64,000 nucleotides of DNA from Nostoc sp. DedSLP01 (GCA_034530875.2 JAVRCJ020000013.1:32001-96000), one strand, 5' to 3'; shown: positions 11,399 through 21,842, numbered from the stretch's first letter. The notes: generated from the letters alone by a model not told the origin. Made by a program: numbers and translations.

Positions 11399-11432
11399 TT
11401 AAGTGCCGTATCTAATTGAAGGTCTAAATTTT

Positions 11433-11456
11433 GCCACCCTCTGGGGTGGCTTTTTT
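11433..11456 (+). terminator. Intrinsic terminator of glnA
   Basis: GCCACCC-TCTG-GGGTGGC followed by TTTTTT. Confidence 0.85.
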
Positions 11457-11594
11457 ACGAAACGATTAAGTATTGGGCATAAGGCATAGGGCATGGGGCA
11501 TTGGGCAAGGAGAAAGACTTACTCTAACTTCTCCCCTGCCTCCTCTGCTCCCTCTGCTTCCCCTGCCCATTTTCTTATTGAATCCAACTCGTTA

Positions 11595-11801
11595 CTAACT
11601 CATCGTGGCATTGCTGCGTCCATAAATCATTCGAGTTGTCGCATCTATCTTGCCTTGAATCGGATTCCAATAGTGAGACACTTCTTCAGGAAGACCTAGT
11701 TCTTGTGCAGCACGCATCAGCATTGATTGTTGGCGATTCTTGACTTGTTGATGTTCGCGCACCATTAACGCACGAGATTTTTCTGCGATAGACATAACCA
11801 T
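11595..11801 (-). CDS. gifA: Glutamine synthetase inactivating factor IF7
   Basis: SRALMVREHQQVKNRQQSMLMRAAQELG; convergent with glnA; GGAGG RBS; true start may be 11795. Confidence 0.92.
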   Translation of the reverse strand: MVMSIAEKSRALMVREHQQVKNRQQSMLMRAAQELGLPEEVSHYWNPIQGKIDATTRMIYGRSNATMS

Positions 11802-11871
11802 AGTCCTCCAGGGTTTTGTAGTGAATATATAATTTTGGGTTCGTTGTTATTTAACTATAACAAAAAATTCT

Positions 11872-11885
11872 GTAACATAAGCTAC
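11872..11885 (-). promoter_or_regulatory. NtcA box overlapping the gifA promoter (repressor position)
   Basis: GTAACATAAGCTAC (GTA-N8-TAC), about 12 nt from a minus-strand TATAGT -10-like box. Confidence 0.8.
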
Positions 11886-12197
11886 TTTTTTCAAGCTAAT
11901 TTTGGATTTTTTACTGCTAATACAATTACATTTTTACTGTAAAGCTCTACTGGTAAGGGTTTTGAGCTTTTGATTTGTCTATCTTATTGTTGAGGAGCAA
12001 TAACATTATTGACAAAAGTTAATATTTGGACTCAGTTACTTGAGTTGTTGGCATAATCTGCAATAAGTAACATTTATTGATTTTTCACTCATAATTCGGG
12101 CATTTTGTAAAGTGGCCAAACTCCTACTTCTCTATGGGGACGGCCTGAGGGAGGGATGAAGTAAATTAAGATAAGTAAAGAAAACTTTTGAATTATA

Positions 12198-12878
12198 ATG
12201 ACAGCTTTAAGCCTACAAGAAATTTCTACTCAGTTAGAAAGTCCAAATTTGCGCGATCGCATGGTAGCCCTTGCTCATCTGCGTCACGTTTGTGCTGAGG
12301 ATGCAGTACCTTTGATTAAAAAAGTACTAGACGACGAATCTTTGCAGTTGCGATCGATGGCAATATTTGCCCTTGGAGTCAAATCTACGCCAGAATCTTA
12401 TCCAATTTTGGTGAGAATTCTCGAAAACGATCCAGATTATGGTATGCGTGCTGATGCCGCTGGTGCTTTAGGATATTTGGGCGATGTCAGAGCTTTTGAA
12501 GCACTCTCACGGGCATTTTATGAAGATACTGATTGGTTAGTACGCTTTAGTGCAGCCGTATCTCTAGGTAACCTTAAAGATCCGCGTGCCCGTCAACTTC
12601 TGCTACAAGCCCTCGATAGCAAAGAAAAAGTACTGCAAGAGGCTGCAATCTCTGCACTTGGAGAAATTAAAGCCATTGAGTCTGTCGATAGTATCCTGCG
12701 ATTTGCCCAATCAGATGATTGGTTTATTAGGCAACGTCTCGCAGAAGCCTTGGGCAATCTTCCCACTCCCAAGAGCGTCTCAGCTTTGAAGTACCTAGAA
12801 AAAGACAACCATTTCAACGTTGCTGAGGCAGCAAGAATTAGCCTCAAGAAGCTTGAGGAAATAAATAATCAAGCTTAA
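12198..12878 (+). CDS. nblB: HEAT-repeat phycobilisome lyase-like protein (NblB-like)
   Basis: Tandem HEAT/PBS-lyase repeats (RADAAGALG, WLVRFSAAVSLG, RQRLAEALG). Confidence 0.65.
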   Translation: MTALSLQEISTQLESPNLRDRMVALAHLRHVCAEDAVPLIKKVLDDESLQLRSMAIFALGVKSTPESYPILVRILENDPDYGMRADAAGALGYLGDVRAFEALSRAFYEDTDWLVRFSAAVSLGNLKDPRARQLLLQALDSKEKVLQEAAISALGEIKAIESVDSILRFAQSDDWFIRQRLAEALGNLPTPKSVSALKYLEKDNHFNVAEAARISLKKLEEINNQA

Positions 12879-12953
12879 TATTAAAGCCTCGTAGTACCTT
12901 TTAATAATAATTAAGTGGGAATTTTTGCATTTTGATGCAGGGTAATTTCATTC

Positions 12954-13520
12954 ATGAATATTGAAGAGTTTTTTGAGTTAAGTGCTGGTAAATGGTTTTC
13001 ACATCGTACTATTCATCATTTAGGTTTGAATCAATCCGAACATGGCAAGTCAGATATCATCATTGAGATGCTGACAGCAGATAGTCCAGAAGTCAGCAAA
13101 TTGTGCCAACAGTACGAAATTAATCCTAGTTCCGCCTCTTGTGGTCTCAAACTCACGTGGAACGGTACAACAGAACGGGAGCAAGTAAAACATAGCGGTT
13201 CGACTATCTTAGTTTCAATACCTGATGTCGATAATCCATCCCAAGGCAAGTTACTCAGGCAAATAGTTGATACTGAGAAAACTCCAGTTCCCGGACGCTA
13301 TCACATAGATAGCGATGGTGCTTTGACTCTAACTATAGAAGATGAAACCATGAAGTCTGAGGAGCGTTTATGGTTCGCTAGTCCCAATTTGCGAATGCGG
13401 GTGAATGTTTTAAAGCGTTCTGGTGAATTTAGTATTACTTCCTTTACTTCTGAAATTCGTATGGGTGGGTTTCCACCTGCGGCCAAGGCTTCAGAGGCTG
13501 CTAGTTCAGTATCGAATTAG
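12954..13520 (+). CDS. CpcS/CpeS-family phycobiliprotein lyase (CpcU/CpcV-like)
   Basis: [41 protein letters not shown]. Confidence 0.88.
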   Translation: MNIEEFFELSAGKWFSHRTIHHLGLNQSEHGKSDIIIEMLTADSPEVSKLCQQYEINPSSASCGLKLTWNGTTEREQVKHSGSTILVSIPDVDNPSQGKLLRQIVDTEKTPVPGRYHIDSDGALTLTIEDETMKSEERLWFASPNLRMRVNVLKRSGEFSITSFTSEIRMGGFPPAAKASEAASSVSN

Positions 13521-13729
13521 TTTACAGGCTAAATATTCCCCCTTTTTCTTGGGGGAATTTTATTTGGTCATTAGTCATTAGTTATTAGTCATTAGTAACT
13601 GTCTTTGGTAAATCTAAGAGATTTTTGATAAAAATAAAATTATTGTTGGGTGTTTTAGATGCATATTTCGAGATTATTCTTCAATAAAAATATGAAAAGA
13701 TGAGCGCCTAACGCATCTCTATACAAAAC

Positions 13730-13761
13730 GGTGCGTTAGGCTAAAGCCTAACGCACCCTAC
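13730..13761. repeat. GTAG-headed REP-like palindrome
   Basis: GGTGCGTTAGG-CTAAAG-CCTAACGCACC-CTAC. Confidence 0.65.
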
Positions 13762-13790
13762 TGAAGATTTAGTTTATAAAACGACAAATT

Positions 13791-15314
13791 TTAAATTTGC
13801 AAAAAGTTAGCGATCGCCTGCGGTAATGGCAGAATAATAATAACCAACAAAGCCATTGATAATAATCCCCAAATGTCACGTTTATTATCTAATTCGGTGA
13901 CATCATTAAGGGCAGGTTCATCAATCAATGGCATAAATAATAAGATGATTGCCCACAACAAAAATTCTTCTCGAACTAAAGCAAGTAATAATAATAGCAC
14001 GCGAGCAATTTGACCAATTACAATTGCGGTTCGTTGTCCAAACATTGCATGGACAATATGACCTCCATCTAGTTGTCCTACAGGCATTAAATTTAAAGCA
14101 GTCACAACTAATCCTAAAAAGCCTGCTACTGCCAGAGGATGCAAGTCGATAGCAGATTTTGCTGTTAACTGACTTCCCAAAGCTAGCTTAGAGAGCAAAG
14201 CTAATAAAATAGAATATTTAGGGTTGAGAGCATCAGGATCTAAAAGTCGGGTTTTCTCACCCAAGGGAACTATATCAGAATGAGCTAATCCCCAAATTAG
14301 TAATGGTAAAGTGACGACAAAGCCAGCGATTGGCCCAGCAATACTAATATCAAATAAAGCTTTGCGATTAGGAATCGGACTGCGCATTTGAATAAATGCA
14401 CCAAACGTTCCCAAGAAGAAAGGTACAGGAATAAAATAAGGCAAAGTCGAGCGAATTTTATAGAATCTAGCTGTTAAATAATGCCCAAGTTCGTGAGTAC
14501 CTAAAATTGTCATTATTCCCAAAGAATAAGGCAAACCCTTAAGCAGAACATCTGGGTTAAATAGAGTTTTCAGCAAAGCTGCAATTTCCCATATTCGTGG
14601 GAGAGAAACACCAGCAATTTCTATTCCTACCAAAGTAGTAGTTATAAAAGTAGCGAGTAGTAGTAAAATTGCAAATCCCGGTCGAGTTAACTGTTGTTGG
14701 TCGCCTTGTGGTGTATTTGCCTGCTTAGCTGCTTGAGTGTTGGGAACTAGTACAAAGAAAGGTTTACCATTGAAGCCCTCTTGAAAAATTAACAAAAAGC
14801 GATCGCCAAATTGTGCTTCAATATTAGCTTTAATCTGCTGGTAAGCATTGCTAGCTTTGGTTCGTAACTGACCGCGACAAATCACCGCTTGCGGTCGATA
14901 CTCAATATTTTGAACGTAGTATACAGACCAAGGAAAACAATTTCGCAGTTGAGTTTCTTCTCTGGGTTCGATGGGACGCACTATGGTTTCTGCGGTAGGC
15001 TGGATAACTGGCTGTGATTCTGGGGCTGGGGCTTGGGCTTCATCTGTCTGTGTATCTCTCGGTACTCGACGCCCCAATTGAAACAACATCCAGTATAACG
15101 GTATGCAGATAAACAAAGACCACGCAAACAATGCCGATGGCGGAGGTTGTTTTGGCCCATACATCAGCGTCCATCCAATCAACAGCAACGCTGGTGTCAT
15201 TAAAACCAACCATAACAACCATACTGGCGTCCGGGTGATCTGAGCAACGCTGCGCTGCACCATTATATAAGTAGCTAGCCCCAGTAGGAGGAGAAACAAA
15301 AACCAAAATTCCAT
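13791..15314 (-). CDS. Site-2 protease (M50 family membrane metalloprotease)
   Basis: HELGH, IAGPIAG and NLMPVGQLDGGH motifs; many TM segments; start taken at MEFWF. Confidence 0.93.
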   Translation of the reverse strand: MEFWFLFLLLLGLATYIMVQRSVAQITRTPVWLLWLVLMTPALLLIGWTLMYGPKQPPPSALFAWSLFICIPLYWMLFQLGRRVPRDTQTDEAQAPAPESQPVIQPTAETIVRPIEPREETQLRNCFPWSVYYVQNIEYRPQAVICRGQLRTKASNAYQQIKANIEAQFGDRFLLIFQEGFNGKPFFVLVPNTQAAKQANTPQGDQQQLTRPGFAILLLLATFITTTLVGIEIAGVSLPRIWEIAALLKTLFNPDVLLKGLPYSLGIMTILGTHELGHYLTARFYKIRSTLPYFIPVPFFLGTFGAFIQMRSPIPNRKALFDISIAGPIAGFVVTLPLLIWGLAHSDIVPLGEKTRLLDPDALNPKYSILLALLSKLALGSQLTAKSAIDLHPLAVAGFLGLVVTALNLMPVGQLDGGHIVHAMFGQRTAIVIGQIARVLLLLLALVREEFLLWAIILLFMPLIDEPALNDVTELDNKRDIWGLLSMALLVIIILPLPQAIANFLQI

Positions 15315-15509
15315 ATTATCTTCAGTAATTTTGACAAAACATCCCACCAGTAGCTTTAGCACCATCGCCCTAACTACAAGGTAGACCTCAAACCCCAATT
15401 TTTGAACCAACGGTTAACAGTGCTAGTTAACGCTTAAGTTTCAATCATTGAAAATTTTTACACTGTAACCAGACGATCCACAACTCCTCAGTTTCGGTTC
15501 TTTATAATT

Positions 15510-16244
15510 ATGTCCCCTTTACCTCAACAGCCAACTTCTACAAACAAGCCACCACGCGCTGTGTTCCTTAACGAAATTCCTAGCGGAGATTCCCTGCAAG
15601 CGGAGTTCGCACAAAAGAGCATTTTTGCTTTTCCACCCAATCGGGACACATTAGGGGGAACCTCTTATTTTATTGTAAGAAATGAAAGTAACATCCTCAT
15701 AGACTGCCCTGCCCTAGACCAAACGAATCAAGATTTTATAGCAGCGCATGGAGGCGTTGATTGGTTATTTCTCACCCATCGAGGCGCTATTGGCAAGACT
15801 GCGGAAATTCAGCAAATTTTTGCTTGCAAAGTCCTCATCCAAGAACAAGAAGCTTATTTATTACCAGGCTTAACCGTAACTAGTTTTAGCCAAGAATTTA
15901 CTTTGGATGGACAAATACAAACGATTTGGACGCCAGGCCATTCTCCCGGCTCATCCTGCCTCTACTACAGTGAACTTGGAGGCATTTTATTTTCTGGTCG
16001 CCATTTACTCCCTAACCAACAAGGTCAACCAGTACCATTACGGACAGCCAAAACTTTCCACTGGCCGCGACAAATTAACAGCCTTCGGTTGTTATTAGAA
16101 CGTTTTACACCGGAAACTCTTCAGTACATTTGTCCCGGAGCCAATACAGGTTTCTTGAGAGGAAAGCGTATCATAGATCGAGCTTACCAAAACCTTGCCT
16201 CTCTGGATTTACAAGCTTTGCTAGAAATACAGCCCTTACTTTAG
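15510..16244 (+). CDS. MBL-fold metallo-hydrolase (degenerate metal motif)
   Basis: FPPNRDTLGGTSY, LIDCP, FLTHRG, TPGHSPGS. Confidence 0.82.
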   Translation: MSPLPQQPTSTNKPPRAVFLNEIPSGDSLQAEFAQKSIFAFPPNRDTLGGTSYFIVRNESNILIDCPALDQTNQDFIAAHGGVDWLFLTHRGAIGKTAEIQQIFACKVLIQEQEAYLLPGLTVTSFSQEFTLDGQIQTIWTPGHSPGSSCLYYSELGGILFSGRHLLPNQQGQPVPLRTAKTFHWPRQINSLRLLLERFTPETLQYICPGANTGFLRGKRIIDRAYQNLASLDLQALLEIQPLL

Positions 16245-16513
16245 AGGCTCAAATTCCTCAATTTTAAATTGAAAGAGTGCTGCTTGAAGAGAATAGGCGC
16301 ACTAGCAGCGAGCGACCACTTACAAATAATGAAGCAAACACTAGACTTATTGTAGAAATGGGGAAAAGGGTAAAGGGTAAAGAGAAAATCCCTCCTTTTC
16401 TCTTTACCCCTCTTGCAAAAATAGTTTTGCAAGAGGTCTACTTTTTTCTTCACTCCCTACTTCCTGTATTTCTTAAATGTTGAGAATTAAATAATTACAT
16501 CAAACTAAAACGG

Positions 16514-17506
16514 ATGAGTAATCAACTTGAGTTAGCACAAGAACAAATAGATCCAAAACCAGATATGCTGGGGTATCTCTCAATGCCTGTGGCTGTTTTT
16601 CTATTATCTCTAGCGGCAATTTTTATTAAATTGAGTGAAAAAGAAATCGGTTCTAATGCTACGATTTTTAATCGGTTTTGGATTGGTGCTGTTGCTTTCG
16701 GGTTGTGGAATGGCATTCAGGCTAGCCGATACAAACTATCGGCATTTCCCATTGATAACGAAGCTTATACAATTCGTGATATTATTCTTTTTGTGCTTTT
16801 AGCTATTATTAATATCGGCTCATTACTCTCCTGGGCTTGGTCTATTACTCAGACTAGTATTGCTAATGCAAACTTACTCCATAACCTCAACCCAGTGTTC
16901 GCCACCTTGGGAGGATGGCTATTTTTAGGTCATCGTTTTAGCAAGAGGTTTGTCATCAGCTTAGTATTAGCTTTAGGAGGAACAATTGTTATCGGAATTA
17001 AAGATTGGCAAGTGTCTGCTGATAGTTTTATCGGTGACAGCATAGCTTTAGTTTCTGCCGTATTCTATGCTGGGAGCTTTGTGGTTAGAGAACAACTGAG
17101 AACCAAGTTTAAGACAACAAATATACTCCTATGGTCTTGCACGCTTGGCAGTTTGTTTACTCTTCCAATTGTTCTGATTGCTGAAGATAGAGTATTTCCT
17201 TATTCACTATCAGGCTGGCTGGCAGTAATCTGTCTAGCGATTCTGTGCCAAGTCATCGGACAAGGACTCGTAACCTATAATCTGAAAAAATTTCCTGCCG
17301 GATTTGTTTCTTTGTTCCTGCTACTTGAACCGATAGTTGCTGCCATACTTGCGTGGGCAATTTTTTCGGAACAGTTAAGTTTAATTAATTGGTTAGCTTT
17401 TTTTGTAATTTGTGCTGGGATTTATTTAGCTAAATCTGAAAATCCTTTTGTATTGACTCAAACTCATTTGTTAGAGAGCAAAGCAGAGAAGCCAAATTTA
17501 ATATAA
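16514..17506 (+). CDS. EamA/DMT family transporter
   Basis: About 10 TM helices in two EamA repeats; LLEPIVAAILAWAIFSE. Confidence 0.9.
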   Translation: MSNQLELAQEQIDPKPDMLGYLSMPVAVFLLSLAAIFIKLSEKEIGSNATIFNRFWIGAVAFGLWNGIQASRYKLSAFPIDNEAYTIRDIILFVLLAIINIGSLLSWAWSITQTSIANANLLHNLNPVFATLGGWLFLGHRFSKRFVISLVLALGGTIVIGIKDWQVSADSFIGDSIALVSAVFYAGSFVVREQLRTKFKTTNILLWSCTLGSLFTLPIVLIAEDRVFPYSLSGWLAVICLAILCQVIGQGLVTYNLKKFPAGFVSLFLLLEPIVAAILAWAIFSEQLSLINWLAFFVICAGIYLAKSENPFVLTQTHLLESKAEKPNLI

Positions 17507-17633
17507 AAATAATATTTGATTAAGTAAAAAAAATATTTGATTCTGAAAATAAATTTTTATTTGTGCTGCTAGACTCTTAATTCATGACTCACTAAACTCT
17601 AGGGTGAAGTACGGATCGTCTAGGCAATACCCC

Positions 17634-18944
17634 ATGTTAGACCGAACACAATTACCCAGTAAAACATCACAGGAGGCACAAGAAGCGAAGACTATAGACA
17701 ACTCCAATATTGCAACTCATATTATTTCGTCTCGACTGCTGAAGGCAATTCAAGCCCAGACACCAAGCGAGTTTCTCGCCAAGACAAGTTATATGAGTCG
17801 CAAACACGAACCTGGGAGCATTGATTTTACAGAAGGCGATGCTCACGAGTTGCCCCCAGCAGGCTTTGTAGAAGCCCTTCAGCGCTGGAGCGTTCCGCAA
17901 AATGAAAATTGGTTCGGTTATAAAGATAACCTGCCGCAAGCACAAGTCACGGTGTCAGAAGGCTTAAAAAAACAGCGTGGCATCTCGATCGCACCTGAAG
18001 ATATTTTCATGACCAATGGTAGCCTGATTGGTCTAGCTATTTGTCTTCAGATGCTAACTGAACCAGGAGATGAGGTGATAATCATTACTCCACCTTGGTT
18101 AAACTACAGGCGGATGATTCATGTTGCTGGTGCAGTTCCGGTTGGCGTTCCTGTAAATTCAACTACCTTCGATTTGGATTTAGATGCGATCGCCACTGCT
18201 ATTACTGAGCGTACCAGAGCGATTATTATCAATTCACCCCACAACCCCACAGGCAAGATTTTTTCAGAAACAACCCTACAGCAATTAGCAAATCTGCTCG
18301 CTAATGCCTCTCATCGCTACGACAAACCCATCTACCTGATTTCCGATGAAACCTTCAGCCGCATTGTATTCGATGGGCGGACTTGTCCGAGTCCCACGCA
18401 ATTCTACCCGTTTTCCTTCCTCATCTATGGTTACAGTAAGGTCTGGATGGCTCCCGGTCAACGCATCGGTTATGTTGCCTTACCACCCACAATGCCCGAT
18501 CGCGAGTCAATACGCCGCATAATTCGTACATTACAAGGTAGTCCCTTTGGCTGGTGTTTCCCCAGTGCGCTGATGCAATATGCCCTCACTGACTTGGATG
18601 AACTTACTATCGATATTAATTATCTGCAAAGCAAGCGCGATTCGATGGTGAAGGCACTCCGGGAAATGGGTTACAAGTTGCAAATTCCTGAAGGGACATT
18701 CTTCTTGTTAGTAGAATCACCCTGGCCAGACGATTGTGGTTTTGCCGAGTTGTTAGCAAGCCATGATGTTTTTGTGTTCCCTGGGACACCCCAGGAAATA
18801 CCAGGTTATTTCCGAATTTCTTTGACTGCCAACGAAGATATGATTTCCCGTGCCTTGCCGAAATTTAAAGCGGCTATAGAATACGCTGCCAAGAAAAAGG
18901 AGTCAGAATTCAGAATTCACAATTCAGGATATTCTGAGTTTTAA
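17634..18944 (+). CDS. PLP-dependent aminotransferase class I/II
   Basis: INSPHNPTG, ISDE, YSKVWMAPGQRIGY (PLP Lys), YFRIS; alternative GTG start at 17604. Confidence 0.9.
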   Translation: MLDRTQLPSKTSQEAQEAKTIDNSNIATHIISSRLLKAIQAQTPSEFLAKTSYMSRKHEPGSIDFTEGDAHELPPAGFVEALQRWSVPQNENWFGYKDNLPQAQVTVSEGLKKQRGISIAPEDIFMTNGSLIGLAICLQMLTEPGDEVIIITPPWLNYRRMIHVAGAVPVGVPVNSTTFDLDLDAIATAITERTRAIIINSPHNPTGKIFSETTLQQLANLLANASHRYDKPIYLISDETFSRIVFDGRTCPSPTQFYPFSFLIYGYSKVWMAPGQRIGYVALPPTMPDRESIRRIIRTLQGSPFGWCFPSALMQYALTDLDELTIDINYLQSKRDSMVKALREMGYKLQIPEGTFFLLVESPWPDDCGFAELLASHDVFVFPGTPQEIPGYFRISLTANEDMISRALPKFKAAIEYAAKKKESEFRIHNSGYSEF

Positions 18945-19075
18945 TTAAAAATGATTTTTAGCCTACAACTTGGCTTTGTTTGAAAGTAATATTCAGAATC
19001 TACTCATACAGAATCATTCTGAATTCTGACTCCTGAGTTCTGAATTTTTATTTAGAAAATACTAGGATATTTTTG

Positions 19076-20437
19076 ATGGTTACTTATAATAATATTCTGG
19101 AAGCAGTTGGTAGAACTCCCCTGATGAAACTTAATAATATTAGCCAAGAAATTCAATCAACAATTTATTGCAAAGTAGAATATCTCAATCCTGGTGGTAG
19201 CACAAAAGATAGAATAGCTCTTGCCATGATTGAAGCGGCAGAGAAAACAGGTCAACTGCAACCTGGTGGAACAATAATTGAAGCGACAGCAGGAAATACT
19301 GGAGTTGGTCTGGCGCTAATCGCTGCGGTTAAAAAATATCGATGCATATTTGTAATGCCAGATAAGATGAGCCAGGATAAAATTAACTTACTTAAAGCTT
19401 ATGGAGCAGAAGTAGTAATTACTCCTACATCTGTTCCTCCTGACTCTCCAGAAAGTTTCAACGGAGTAGCAGAAAGACTTGCTAAAGAAATAGTCGGAGC
19501 TTATCGACCCGATCAATTTGCTAATCCGAATAATCCGTTAGCCCATTACTTAACGACTGGGCCAGAGATTTGGTCAGATACTAATGGTAAAGTTGATATT
19601 TTTGTGGCTGCAATGGGAACAGGCGGCACAATTTCGGGTGTTGGCAAATATCTCAAAGAACAAAATCCAAATATAGTAATTGTTGGTGCAGATCCAGAAG
19701 GTTCAATTTTCTCTGGTGACACACCCAAACTGTATAAAGTCGAGGGAATTGGTGAAGACTTTATTCCGAAAAATTTTAACCGCCAAGTCATAGATGAAAT
19801 GGTCAGAGTTAGCGATAAAGAGTCTTTTAATATGGCTCGTCATCTGGCACGAGAAGAAGGCTTACTAGTCGGAGGTTCTTGCGGCACAGCATTAGCAGGA
19901 GCTTTAAAATACGCAGCTAGATTATCAGAACCTAAGCAAATCGTCGTTCTGTTACCAGATACTGGCAGAAACTATATCAATAAAATCTATTCTGATGCCT
20001 GGATGCAGGAAAATGATTTTTGGGAAGAAAAAACCAGAAAAATCACAAAAGTTGAAGATTTACTTGTGAATAAAAAAGATTTTCCTTCACTTATTTGTGT
20101 GAATCCGCAGGACACATTGAGTCAAGTTATCGAAGTTATGCAAAAATTGAATATTTCCCAAGTTCCAGTTATTGAAAATAATCATGTTATTGGTAGCTTA
20201 AATGAAGCCGCGTTAATGAAACTATTACATGAAGGTATCAATTTTTCTAATCAAAAAGTTGCGGCTGTGATGGGTAAACCTTTACCAATGGTAGATGAAA
20301 AAGTAGATATTTCTGAAGCTTATCGAATTCTTTTGTCTGGCACTAGCGGGCTAATAATTAAGTGCAATGATATTCCTATAGGATTAGTTAATCGAACTGA
20401 TTTAATTAAATATTGGGTAAACGAAACCGAGGGCTAA
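19076..20437 (+). CDS. Cystathionine beta-synthase-like PLP enzyme with C-terminal CBS domain pair
   Basis: EYLNPGGSTKDRIA, EATAGNTG, MGTGGT, VEGIGEDF, LPDTGRNY, then two CBS repeats. Confidence 0.9.
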   Translation: MVTYNNILEAVGRTPLMKLNNISQEIQSTIYCKVEYLNPGGSTKDRIALAMIEAAEKTGQLQPGGTIIEATAGNTGVGLALIAAVKKYRCIFVMPDKMSQDKINLLKAYGAEVVITPTSVPPDSPESFNGVAERLAKEIVGAYRPDQFANPNNPLAHYLTTGPEIWSDTNGKVDIFVAAMGTGGTISGVGKYLKEQNPNIVIVGADPEGSIFSGDTPKLYKVEGIGEDFIPKNFNRQVIDEMVRVSDKESFNMARHLAREEGLLVGGSCGTALAGALKYAARLSEPKQIVVLLPDTGRNYINKIYSDAWMQENDFWEEKTRKITKVEDLLVNKKDFPSLICVNPQDTLSQVIEVMQKLNISQVPVIENNHVIGSLNEAALMKLLHEGINFSNQKVAAVMGKPLPMVDEKVDISEAYRILLSGTSGLIIKCNDIPIGLVNRTDLIKYWVNETEG

Positions 20438-20462
20438 TTAAGGTAATTGGAGAGTAATAATT

Positions 20463-21842
20463 TTGAATGATTTGGTGTTTTTAGCTGCTCATCAATTGAC
20501 AAAAGCAATCCGCGATCGCCAAGTCTCTTCACAAGAAGTAATAGAAGCTTATCTGAGTCACATTGCTCAACACAACCCAAGATTAAATGCCATTGTGACA
20601 CTGGATGCCGAAAATGCGATCGCCCAATCGAAAGCAGCAGATAAAGCATTAGCTCAAGGGGAAAATTGGGGAGTCTTACATGGAGTACCCGTAACTATTA
20701 AAGACACCTTAGAAACCAAAGGATTACGCACAACCAGCAGTTATCCACCCCTAGCCAATTATGTCCCACAGCAAGATGCTACCGTCGTCGCTCGACTACG
20801 CGCCGCAGGAGCAATTATTTTGGGCAAGACGAATACACCACAACTAGCTGATAACTTCCAAACAAATAGTCCTCTGTTTGGTAGAACAAATAATCCCTGG
20901 AATCTTGAGTGTACCCCAGGCGGTAGCACTGGGGGTGGAGCGAGTGCGATCGCTGCTGGTTTATCTCCTCTGGAACTTGGTAGCGATATTGGTGGGTCAA
21001 TCCGCGTTCCAGCTCACTTTTGTGGCATTTTCGGCTTTAAACCAACCGAGCATCGAGTACCAACATCTGGACATATTCCAGAGTTGCCAGGAACACCTAA
21101 AACTATCCACCACCTACAAACAATAGGGCCTCTTGCTCGCTCTGTAGAAGACTTGCGATTGTGTCTGTCACTGATTCAAGATTCAGATCCTGCCCAACCA
21201 GAATTAATAGGGATATCTACACAAGCGAACCCAGCAAGCACGCTACAATCTTACCGCTACAGTTGGACAGAAGGGTTTGGCGATATTCCAGCAACAACAG
21301 AAACCAAAGCTGCTCTTAAGAAATTAGCATCATCCTTGGCAGATCTAGGATGTTCTATAGAGCAACACAACGAACCGCCAAATTTTGATAGCAAAGCAAT
21401 ACGGGATATTTACCTCACTATTTATAATTTTGAATTGGGTTTATCAGAGCCAGAGCTAACGCAGACTCAACAGCAACAACAATATGCCAACGCCCTCATT
21501 GAGCGCGATATTCTCATTGCTAATATTGAAGGTTTCTTATCTAATTCGGATGCTTGGCTGTGTCCAGTGGTGCCAGTGCCTGCCTTCACCCACCGTCAAA
21601 CAGAAGAACCAATTGAGGTGGATGGTCAAAAGTTTCCTTATTGGACAACAATAGGTGCTTACATGACAATTTTCAACTTAACTGGTAACCCTGCCGTAGT
21701 GCTGCCCTTTACGCAGTCACAAGAGGGACTACCCATCGGCATCCAAATTGTAGGACGGCGTAGAAGCGATATGAAACTGCTAGAGATTGCCGAAAAATTA
21801 ACTCAAGCCACTGGTTTTTTTCAACGCCCACCCGGTTATTAG
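20463..21842 (+). CDS. Amidase signature family amidase
   Basis: GVPVTIKD, GGSTGG, GSDIGGSIRVPAHFCG (Lys-cisSer-Ser triad). Confidence 0.92.
   Translation: MNDLVFLAAHQLTKAIRDRQVSSQEVIEAYLSHIAQHNPRLNAIVTLDAENAIAQSKAADKALAQGENWGVLHGVPVTIKDTLETKGLRTTSSYPPLANYVPQQDATVVARLRAAGAIILGKTNTPQLADNFQTNSPLFGRTNNPWNLECTPGGSTGGGASAIAAGLSPLELGSDIGGSIRVPAHFCGIFGFKPTEHRVPTSGHIPELPGTPKTIHHLQTIGPLARSVEDLRLCLSLIQDSDPAQPELIGISTQANPASTLQSYRYSWTEGFGDIPATTETKAALKKLASSLADLGCSIEQHNEPPNFDSKAIRDIYLTIYNFELGLSEPELTQTQQQQQYANALIERDILIANIEGFLSNSDAWLCPVVPVPAFTHRQTEEPIEVDGQKFPYWTTIGAYMTIFNLTGNPAVVLPFTQSQEGLPIGIQIVGRRRSDMKLLEIAEKLTQATGFFQRPPGY

Noticed and set aside
11493..11699. 68-aa plus-strand ORF
   Set aside because: Built from heptamer/nonamer repeats and antisense to gifA
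16241..16483. Two overlapping short ORFs
   Set aside because: Run through the GGG(A/T)AAA repeat hairpin; no protein-like features
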